This document shows positions 37,771 to 48,875 of a DNA stretch of 64,000 nt, piece after piece; within the stretch, counting starts at the first letter, position 1; each line of letters starts with the position of its first letter. The notes below the pieces were generated by a model. The model searched no databases. It was not told the origin of the DNA and saw nothing but the letters and a program-made list of their open reading frames with translations. The DNA is taken from the NCBI GenBank assembly GCA_051362555.1, contig CM120642.1:8246001-8310000 (forward strand), written 5' to 3'. A program made the translations under genes and the position numbers. Origin of the DNA: Lingula anatina. Lineage: Eukaryota > Animalia > Brachiopoda.

Positions 37771-38628
37771 TTACAACTTAAGGCCACTGAAGAAATTATC
37801 GCTCAACGTCGGTGAGCTCTTGCTCAAAGAGTACGCCCTCGAAAGGATCTGGAAAGCCTGATGAAATGATGTCGCTTGGAAGATGCAGTCTTTATTTCCA
37901 ATATCGTGTATCTCGGGCCAGTTAATAGACGGTCCAATTGCCATGATACACACAGTTGTGCCTACAGTAAAATAAACAGAATTGAAAAGTTTTTAGAATT
38001 TAATAGATATAAACAGAGAAAAAATATATCTTAATAACTTAGGAAGAAATACCAAGCATTGCTCATATGGGAAACTTAACTTAAACGGCCTTTATTCTGA
38101 CAGTTGTCATGAATAAAAAATTCAAAAGTATATCTCGTTTTACGGCCGTTTGATCTAATTATAAAAAGTGACTGGTTTTATACGTAACAGTATAGTACTA
38201 TTAAGCAGTTGCCGTGTTTTTACTGAGAACTATCGTCAATATGAAACATATTCGAGCATTTTCAAAGCATGTTTGAAAAAGGAAACAAAAACGTTTGCTC
38301 CTACCGATTGCTCTCAGTTGATCAGCCGGTATTTTAGGGTTCACACCATAATTAGATCTACCATCAGTAAACACCCAAACAACTTTGACGTTGCCAGGAC
38401 GACTGTTAGCTTGCATCTCCGTCTTGGCTTTCCCCAGTGCAATTGCGGTTGCCGTGCGCCAACCTTATTAAAACAAATAACAAATATGATAGATATGTGG
38501 ACGACCCCACAATTCTTATCTTTTTTTGAATACAGGCACTAATGACTCTCTCTCTCTGCCTCGGCAGAAGTTTTAACTCTCTAAATCTTTTTCAATTGAA
38601 GGATATAAAAGTTCACTCACCGAAAAAT

Positions 38629-38675
<47 letters not shown>

Positions 38676-41600
38676 TATAATTATAATAATAATACATTTG
38701 TCTATGACAAATATGTATATATTGATTAGCACTTGTGTATTTACAGATCAGATATTAGATCGATGCACAAAAAGGGACATTCAAAGCAATGTATCCAGAG
38801 CTGACTTGTGATACGGCCATACTTGCTTCCAACACGTAATTCTTTGTAGTGTGGGCGAGATGAACTCTCAAACGAACAGTTCAACATCATGTTATCAGTT
38901 GAAGACCGTTTACGTCTTCTACTGCCTTACATCAACGTAAAACCTTATTCCAGATGTGACAAAATTAAGAACAGGCCGTTGTTCAAAATCCTTTGGGCCC
39001 TATAACATTTGATGACTAAATATGTTTCTTAATGCAAGATAATTCTCAAATGAACATGCGACATACGTAAATGTATTTTTTGACTCCAATTTTCATTAAT
39101 TTTTAAAAATTATTATATGCCATTTATAATATCTGTTTTATTGAAAGAAATGAATATAACTACTATAATGATTATATTATCATATCGGAAAATAGAAAAA
39201 AAAGAAAAGAAACAAAAATAACCTTCAAATATAAAACTGCTGACGTGTCGCCATCAGCAAAATGACCACACTTTATGTGGAGACAAATAAGTTCATGAAC
39301 ACTACATAACAATAAAATAACAACCATTTAGAACAGCAGACAGGGTTATAGAGTATAAAGTTGTTTTAGTCCGGTTACATGTCTCTCTACATGACGTGGA
39401 CATTACTAAAGAGTTGTATCAAAAGAAATTACACTGAATTGCAACGGACGGATCTAGAAATAACAAATAACGGGTTTCATGAAAACGTCCTGTAAGAATA
39501 AATGAAAATATAAATAAATATTTGATGAATGAGTAAAGATACAAATTAACCAAATACATAGCTCAGGAACTACAAGTCATACCGTTGTCATATCTCACAA
39601 GTTGAATCCTGTTCTTGATCGCTGCAGGCGTGTTGTACTCGTTAAACTTGAATTCAAAGTGAGCGTACACGGAGTATTCTATCAGACCTACACGTGATTT
39701 ATAATATCCGATGGGTGCTTTGTTGTGGATGTAGTCAACAATCACCTGAAACAATGAATGGAGTTATAATGTCTTCACAAAAGTAAACAATGCTTTGTTG
39801 TTATTCAGTTAACATGAGATTTACGTTTTGATTCAGGATATCAGATTGGGGGGGGGGGTGGATTTAGGCCCAATAAACAACACTGACGCATGCGCAGAAA
39901 ACTTCGACAACAGACAAAGACCTAAAAAAATTCCAAAAAATTACTTGCCACTTAACCCTTTGGTTAAAACAAGCGTTTTGTAATGCCGTGCAACTAAAAT
40001 TACCTGAAAAGAGTTTTATGCAGCCATTTTCGGCTTAGCTCTAATGCCAGACGGTTTCAGCAAATTAGTCCCTTCACGACAATTCTAGAACTGCCAGTTT
40101 TGGCCTATGGCAATACTTAAAATATACAGTTATGCTGTGGGTAATGTACTGAAATGAAGCGAATTTTTTTAACGGGGGTAGTGCTGTTTAAGCCTACAAT
40201 ACGTAATGATTTATTATCCTTGTCGACATCCCCGGCATAATGTCAGAGGGACACTTGTCACTTCTTGTCGGTCAACAGATCTATCATGGCTTACATGAAT
40301 GACGTAGATCTTCATATTTTAAAATAAACATGCAAGTGCTCTTCATTCGTCGGATCACTCAAAGTAATGAAAAGAGCCGATGGCCACACTTTTGAGTCAT
40401 TTTATCTGCTTGAAGCGCTTAGCAGTTGCCATTTTAAAAGTGCTTATTATCCCCAAGGGGCGATGATGTGAAGACGACATATAACGTGATATATATTATA
40501 ATTACCTGCCCTCTGTATACAGAACACAGAAAAGAACTTTTTAAAATAATACAAAGCAGACACACATGCTTTGCACATTTAAACAACAAAGATAAATTCC
40601 ACTTTATAATGAACAATCCAAACGAAACAGTGATAATTTCCTTGGCCAAATTCCTTAACCTTGCTTTAACCAAAAGAAACTGTGCTACATCTTCCACTTC
40701 ATGATGTCTATCAATAATTACTATAAATATGAAGATTTAGTACACATAGTAGAAAACATTGGTACATTTCTATATATGTAATTTTGGTGCTATTTATCTA
40801 TGTATTTTACTATTACTATTATCATTATTATTGCTGCTATTACCTTATCTATGTACATTTTCACCAGCTCAGTCTGGTGCAGAAAGTATGAATAAAGCAT
40901 ATATATATATATATATATATAACTTGCCTAACTTTGATGCGACTTGGTTTTGTAGCACGGCGAAGTTTTTAAGGGTGTTGGCGAGGTTTTCTGGAGTTGC
41001 GTTGAGGACATTAACAAGGCCTAATATTGTCCCTTTCCCATCCCATTAGACGTTCTAATTTATAGTCTTAAAAGAATGTACTTATGTATCTTGCACGCTT
41101 GTTACGTCATATACTTAGATGTATGTAATTTTCTACCCATATTCTTCAATTCATTTGGGTGCCTCTTTATTTTGTAATGGCAGAGTTTTGGACCCATCAA
41201 ACACTATGAGTATAAGCTAGAATTTACCTTTGCTGCGTCTTTTTCTTTTCCAAATTGATACGATGTTATGCTTCCACTACTGTCCAATACCAGCAGAGTG
41301 TCTAACTTTGGAGGGACTTTAACACAACTTCTAAACCATAGATAACCCGAGCACACCAACTTGGGAGCCATAAGGCTGGAAAGCTTGTTGTTGATCAGCG
41401 ACGCCTGGTAGTCCACATTCACCGCCTGGGAACCTGTGAGAAAAGAAAACATGAACTGATATGATATCGATGGTATGACTGGAGTAGGTCTAACGTAGAT
41501 GGAAGAGTTTCTTTGTATTTCTTAGGATGTCGGAAATCTTTGGCACGATTGACAACTGGTACATCTATTCATCTATTCTCTACAGTAGCGTTCCTAAAAT

Positions 41601-42036
41601 CTCCAAAAATTGATATTATAAATAAATTGTATAGGATATAACCAACTATGTTTTAAAAATGATACACTGTTTTATAAAAGATGCCATGTCACAGCTCAAA
41701 TACTGCATTTAAGTGAATTTAAAATAGGAGGAAGGCATAAGCCGTTCACTGGTTTTTAGACAAAAGTAGACATTTTCCTTTTTTAGATAAGTTAGGTATA
41801 TTTGAATTCCAAATTCAAGAGCGCGATAGGTACATGTACTTCTTGCTTTACATTTAAGCAATTGCTAGGTTCATAATAATAAGAAGAAGAAAGAAAGAAA
41901 GAAAGAAAAAACAAAAAAAAAGACAAGGAGTGTTAAAACAGTAGGCCTACCCAACGAAAAACTCGCAACTAAATATCTTACCTCTGTCAATGCTTACTAA
42001 AGCAAGACAAAACACGAGCACTTTGACAAGCTGCAT
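37771..42036 (-). CDS. Secreted single-VWA-domain protein, paralog D (257 aa, 5 exons)
   Basis: Exons 42036-41982, 41433-41228, 39745-39583, 38463-38305, 37961-37771 (774 nt). Signal peptide MQLVKVLVFCLALVS; VLDSSGS and FTDG motifs. TATAAAAA at 42109-42102. Confidence 0.9.
38632..38693. repeat. (ATA)n microsatellite
   Basis: Direct reading; it produces the spurious poly-Ile ORF. Confidence 0.95.
40500..40920 (+). mobile_element. 5'-truncated LINE fragment (ORF2 C-terminus, 3' UTR, (TA)n tail) in intron 2 of paralog D
   Basis: CPLYTEHRKELF...DKF...IISLAKFL.LA..KRNCA...TS* aligns with the end of the full-length ORF2 (CPLYTDLRYDLY...DKF...IIALAKYL.LAF.KRDCA...TS*). Ends ATGAATAAAG followed by (TA)n. 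Confidence 0.85.
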
Positions 42037-43394
42037 CTTGAGTCACTCTCCTGTCTCAGTCAGTGAAACCGGCTGGTGTGAAAACAAGTGTTTTCTTGAT
42101 CTTTTTATAGTATTTTTCTGGCCGGCATACGTGCAACACTTGGCGGATACATGAATTTTTCATATTTTCACAAGAAAGAATGACCACTATTAATCGAGAG
42201 CGAATAGCTAGGTGAAGGGCAATGTTTACCATACGGACTTCGATTTCCATTTCATAAATGGCTTTTTAATTGTTGTTAAAGTCAATGAAATTCTAGATGT
42301 ATTTCATTGAAGTGTTTCTTTGGGACGAAATAAGAGTATGAAATGAATAACGTTTCTTATTTGTAAGGAGGTGGTTGAGACGATTTTTGAGCTTTATATT
42401 TTTTATTTCACCATATAGGTCTTTTTCTATATAAAATATATTTAGGGTACAAGGTGGCACTCATTCATTGGTCATAATCATATAGATTGTGAGTCTTTTT
42501 GTTTAGATGAAATTTTTGAGTTAATGATTTCATCTTAGAAAATCCGACGCGCTAAATACATAGTTACACCCCCCTTACACCTTCCTGCCACCGTTTGGAG
42601 AACTAATTTTGACCTTCTCTTACAAATATTATGTACCAAAAGAAAAGGCTCCAAAATTTTAGAATTCAGACATGCATTAATAACGTTATCATTCGAAAGT
42701 GACACTTATGGAAAAACTGTAGGGTCACGTCGCTGCCCAAACCATACATTTTTTAACTGAACACCTGCCAAAGAATAAGGAAACAATTTGAAAACCTAAT
42801 AAGGTAAACAACTATATGTTCATTACTGTAAAATGAACATATATACTTACATGTAAAAAGTTCATGCTATATTTAATTCACCGGGTCGTAATAAAGAGGA
42901 GATTTATTTGACGTGAAGTATGTCGTACTCGTGGTGGAATTTTTCCGGGTTTAATTATAATTATATGTAAGGTGTATAAGAACTTGTAAGAGGATAGATA
43001 CTTGGGTGAGCGTACAAGTATAGCATTGATACCGGGAACAAGATATCTGTATTCATATTCTGGTCCGACTTCTAACAAGGTTTTAGACTATTATTTTATG
43101 TAAAAATTACAGAGAAGACCTTGAATATGGTCGGATTACATGTTAAAGCGCACAACCTCTAACAGTTCCTTAAAAGTGATTCAGTTTAATTTGGTACTTA
43201 ATGCTGTTAATTCAAAGACAGCAATTCAGTCTTAATTGTCTGTTAACTTTCTGTTGGGTTAAACATGATTACAGCGCAACGTAAATATGCATTGCTTCAT
43301 TGAAATGGCAAGCTACGTGTATGTACATGTATACGAAACCGTCTAGTCTATCTATACTAACTATATATGACACGTCAGCTGGGTGCCTTCTCAG

Positions 43395-43543
43395 TACCCT
43401 CTACCAGGGCCGCATATTATATTGTTGACTTTTTTTTTCTTTGACGCGAGTGTAGGGCAGCGAATTACCGTCAATTTAATCAGAGATATAGGCCTATCTA
43501 TGAACATCTAGTGAAAAATCAATCTGTGACCCAGGTAGAGGGT
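43395..43543. mobile_element. MITE of the same family as 12288-12419, opposite orientation
   Basis: ACCCTCTACCAGGG ... CCCAGGTAGAGGGT termini; shared internal sequence. Confidence 0.65.
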
Positions 43544-45159
43544 GCCTCTTCGGCAGTTTGGTCACATTTTTTTCTTGTTGCATTAATCGTCTTTTTCTAC
43601 TGAAAGTCTGAATAATGCAAACCGCTTGCTCTGTTTAACCCACTGAATCTGTTTTGTTAATCTGGTAATTTGAAATGCAAAATATAAGAGACCTGGGTTG
43701 CCTCACGTACAGTAATCAACTACTTGAGGAAATAAAAGTTATTTGTATATTGCAGGTGACGACGTACCATATTTTAAAGCACAGTAGGCCTACATACTCA
43801 GTATGTCATGCCAAATATACAGTAGGTAGGCGTACATTGTATACATCTTGTGGTGATTATTATTAATGAAAATCAGCATTTTTTGGGTTTTTATTTTGAC
43901 CAGCAGAGTATTATTTCGATTTCAAAACACATTTAGATAACATAAATTAATCTAGAAATAACTGGGTAATAAAAAACGAAAGATTGACATGGAAATGATT
44001 TAATTTTACGCTCGTCAAGTCTGCTTTCTGCAAATAGGTTACACACTTCAAAAATCATCAAAATTATACAAATAATAAGTTATCATGTATCTATCAAATT
44101 TGTATCTGAAACCTCTGATAACTGTTTTGATGTTTTCTTCTATTTGGCAGTTATCAGTAGAGTTCACTTATAAATCTGAGACAGGCCCTACCGTTAGGCC
44201 TATGTACATATTTTGGAAAAATAATCAAACGTCTTTTCTTGTGTAGGCCTACAATTAACATCACAATTACTTACGTTATTTTGCCGTTACTATTTTTAAT
44301 ATTTATTTGAACTCGTCCCTTTTATTCTATAATTGTCATAATTTTTGATTATCAAATCAAATAGGCCTATTTAATTAATCTATTTATTAATTAATCATCA
44401 TCATCTTCTTCATTATTATTATTATTACTATTATAATCATCAATTGTAATCGTAGTTTATTATAATTTTGTGTGTGTATATCTTGAACTTTGTGTTACTC
44501 TTTCTTATTTTACATTAACTGGTCTTAACGTTAATAGGGACCTGCCCATTCAGTTTTAGGCATTTGTAACTATAAATATGCTCCATTAAGGCCTACGTAG
44601 GCCTACATCAACGATCGAATCTGTGTTTAGTCAAGTACTTTTTAAGGTAGCTATTACAATAGTGTACCATTAACTATCTGTTACGCAATGACGGATGTAG
44701 GGGGGTCAGGAGGGGTCCTTACTCCACCTTCGATTTCTGAAAAAATCATAGGGGCCTACCAATGGTTTCTTCTTGAATATTTAATATTGACTAGCTGAAT
44801 AATAGTTCTAAATCGTTCTCCCTCTAAAATTCCAAAATTTCAAGTGGGAGAGGGGGGGGGGGTCGGTCTCGCATCCGCTGACCCCGCCCCGTACAAATAA
44901 TCTTGGCTCCGCTTCGGTTACGTAAAACTTATAAAGAGAACAGCTACGTTTCTTCAAAATAAGAGAAGAGCTTATCTTGGGGGATAGTTGTGGGAACGAG
45001 ACCAGGATTACGACAATGATCACTCGTACATCCTTTGAAACAAATTAGGGGCAAACTTAATTAATCAAACTTAATGAATCTATTGACTTAATTCTGTTGT
45101 TTTACTGGCTATTTTGTTGAAGTTCATGAAGTTAAGACGACCTCAATTTTACGACATTG

Positions 45160-45292
45160 TATGATGGCGGGAATGACAAACATGGCGACCTACAGGCGAA
45201 GGCGAGCTGCGAACTACGAATGCCAGATTTAGTGGGATTTTTCAGTCAATTTCAGTTATGTTTCTGCCTCTTTCACACATATTGCATAAGAG
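45160..45292 (+). promoter_or_regulatory. Putative BRCA2 promoter and non-coding exon 1 (E2F-like and YY1-like sites)
   Basis: GGCGGGAA at 45166-45173 and AACATGGCG at 45179-45187 in a CpG-rich patch. Donor AG|GTAAGG at 45292; next acceptor at 45477. Confidence 0.55.
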
Positions 45293-45584
45293 GTAAGGCG
45301 TATATCATGATAGTATGGAAACAGATCCGTTACTATAGAATTTAAAATAACGTTAAGGAATTGACTGACTTGAAATGTGTCTTTCAATATTTTAGTTACT
45401 CAAGATTATTATGAATGAACAGCACAGTTTGTTCATTGTCCTAAGTTTTATAGACCAAGGGTCCTTTTGTATCCTAGGTTCACGCAAAATTTATCTGAAG
45501 GACAAATACTGTGAAAATGAAGGAAAGGGAACATGGCAGGAGTAGTTTAGAGGAATATGCTAAGAGGTGAAATAACACTTGGTA

Positions 45585-46044
45585 ATGGCTAGTGAAGGGC
45601 GGCATACAGCGCCACATCAACCACAAGATGGAGGCAAAACATGTCAGACTGCCAGGGCTTTCAAGTGGAAGTCAGACAGAGAACCCAGAAATGGGTCTTA
45701 TTCTCACATACTGCAGACTAACCCTAATTTGATGCTAGGTAAGTGGGGCAGTAGTTGACTTAGGGCCGTGGCAATAGTCCGAAGGTTCATTGGTCTGAAT
45801 GTTTGCTATTGAACCTTCGGACCAATGAACCCTTGATTAAGAAAAAATACGATGAAAATGTTACCATTTTTCGGACCAATGAACCTTCAGACTATCAAGA
45901 TGCCTCCGTAGACTTTGTATGATTTTAAAATGATAGCAACTTACAGCATCATAAATGCTTGTGATTAATATGATAATGATAATAATTATTATGTGATAAA
46001 ATGATAGTTATTATAACACCATTCATGATTCTTGTGTGTGTGTA

Positions 46045-46114
<70 letters not shown>

Positions 46115-48818
46115 TGAGTGAGTGAGTGAGTGAGCTAATTTTTTATGTACAGACACAGATGTGTCTGTACATATAGCCATCATCTGCGTCTGTCGTCGCC
46201 GTCGCCGTGCACTTTTACCGATAACACGATAAGTGGAAAACCATTTTACCTTTTGACTTGAAACTTGCAGAACTGATGAATATTCATAATACGCAGGTCA
46301 AGTTCGAAAATCAGCATGATCGGGTCACTTTAAGGGAATTTATGCTGTTTTTTCACTTTTTTCAACATATATGCAGCACCGATAACACGATAAGTGGAAA
46401 ACCATTTTACCTTTTGACTTGAAACTTACAGAACTGATGAATATTCATAATACGCAGGTCAAGTTCGAAAATCAGCATGATCGGGTCACTTTTAGGTAAT
46501 TTATGCTGTTTTTTCACTATTTTCAATATAAATGCAACACTGATAACACAATATAAGAAAAACGGATTGGCCAATTGTAATTATACTCACAGGAGTGGTC
46601 AATCTTACTAAAACGCAGGTTGAGTTCGAAAATAAGCATAATCGGGCCATTACTTAAGAAGTTATACTGTTTTTTCACATTTCCTCAGATTCAATTATTA
46701 GGCATGTTAACAGTCTCATTATTTAACTAATAAGATGCCTAAAAGTGTTTGTTTGATATTTCCTGCATCTTTACAACATTGTTAGTTGATTATGTAAAAA
46801 ACATGGTAAACTTGTTATCATGTATTGTGTAATAAAGTGTCAAAAATGGAAATAAACTCATATCATTGCAGTTTGTCAGATTCAATCATCCACTATGTTC
46901 AGAATCTCAGAATGGAGGAAATTGGACATTTAACACTGTTCTATTGATACTTTTCCCATCTCATCAATATTCTTAGTTGGACATATAAAAATGGCAGTAA
47001 AATGTTTATTTTGTTTTATGTTAAAAAAGTGTTAAAAATGGAAATAAACCCATTTCAGAACAGTGCTGTCTTGTTTACATTTTGGCATTATCAAGGCGTG
47101 ACTTTGAAGTTCCATGGGCCTGAAGACCTTTGCTAGTCACATTTTCTGAATATCTGTGATACAAATATTTTATAATTAAAAATTGATGGTCATTAAGCTG
47201 TTAAACATTATGTAATATTACATCAAAATTTGAAGAAACCCCCATTTTGGGCACTGCTTCCATGATGACCATTTAAGGAAAATCATGTCACTTACTGTTT
47301 TCAAACTTACAGGATAGAAACATGGGACTAAAATACAGCTTCAGTAGGCAATGCAGTCTGTTTGGTTTTTTTTTTTTTTTTGGCAGTTAAACAGTTTTTT
47401 GTGAAAATTAAATTTTTCACATATTGGCATTTTCAAGGTGTGACTTTAAAGTTCCATGATCTTGAAGACTTTTGCTTGTCACATTTTCTGAATGTCCATG
47501 TTACTAATATTTTATTAATAACATTTGATTGTCATTATGCTGTTAAACATTATGTAATGTTGCATCAAAATTTGAAGAAACCCCTATTTTGGGCACTGCT
47601 CCTATGATGACCATTTAAGGGAAATCATGTCACTTACTGTTCTCAAACTTACAGGAAAGAAACATGGGTCTAACATACAGCTTCAATAGGCAACGCAGTC
47701 TGTTTGGTAAATTTTTCTGGCAATTTAACAGTTTTTTGTGAAAATTTAATTTTTCACTTATTTGCATCTTTATTTTCTGTTCTTTGTCTGTACATTTGAC
47801 AGCTTTGCTGCCTTGTTTTTTCATAAAGATGCTAGTGAGGCCCATATCTTTTTGTTTTTCATTTGTATTCTATGTGAGGTATGATATAAAGTTTATCTCC
47901 ATTACAGGGGGTATTTATTTATGTTTTTTCTTTCTATTTGTATTTCAGAACTGGGGGATACCAATCCAAACTGGTTTCATGAACTAACAGAGGAGTGCCT
48001 AAAGAACAGACATGATGAGGCTTCTACTGGAAATACAGGGGAGATCCAGCCTGCTCTGCCATCCATGAGTCTTGAAGGTGCCCTGTCACCAAAAACAAGT
48101 ATGTGGCAAGATACAACTTCTAGCATGTGGGGTGGTCCTACTTCTTGACAGTAAGATAAGGTCTGGGAGGGGAACAGAAAGTTGACTGCTTAGGGATAGA
48201 GGGTAGAATTGAAAATGTTGTACACTTAACTGAGTGTTACATTAGCAAAGACTTTAAAGATGCAGATTCTTCTGTTATATAACCAACAGTGTATGCTCAG
48301 TTGCAGGTGTTATTGGTGTAGACACAGTTAGACAAGATGATGCCCTAGCAGACATAGAGGCACCATTGAGGCTAAGTAGCTTGCATTTACAGACACATCA
48401 TTCTCTGCATGAGCACCAGCATGTCAGTGAGATAGTGACACCCAAGACAGTCCCTACCCTAACTGCTATAGCTCCCTCTAGTGACCATGGGAAAACCTGT
48501 CCCAGTTTACACAGTGGGGAATTGAAGGCAGAGAAATGTGAGTTTTCCATGGTGTTTAACATTGTCATGTTTTTTTTTTTTTTTTCACTCATGGGTGCTC
48601 TATATATCTATTTGTTTCTTTTTTTTGTTTTATTTTATCACTTTTTTTCCAACTTGCCCTTTTTTAATGGAAATTTCAAAAGCAGTTAAGATTCAATCTT
48701 TTAAAACTGACACACTCTATATGATGAATAAATATATTTTTCTTTATACTAAACAATTTTTCGCTAGTGACTGGTGTGCTCTAGTTTTAATGATAGAGCA
48801 ATTATTTACCAGCAGGTG

Positions 48819-48875
<57 letters not shown>

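Noticed and set aside
38542-38811. Poly-Ile ORF (likewise the HT-repeat ORF at 45989-46183 and the YI-repeat ORF at 48538-48873)
   Set aside because: Translations of microsatellites.
44689-44915. G/C-run-rich segment resembling a GGCGGATCC-type MITE or G-quadruplex upstream of BRCA2
   Set aside because: Termini too degenerate and no clear TSD to support a call.
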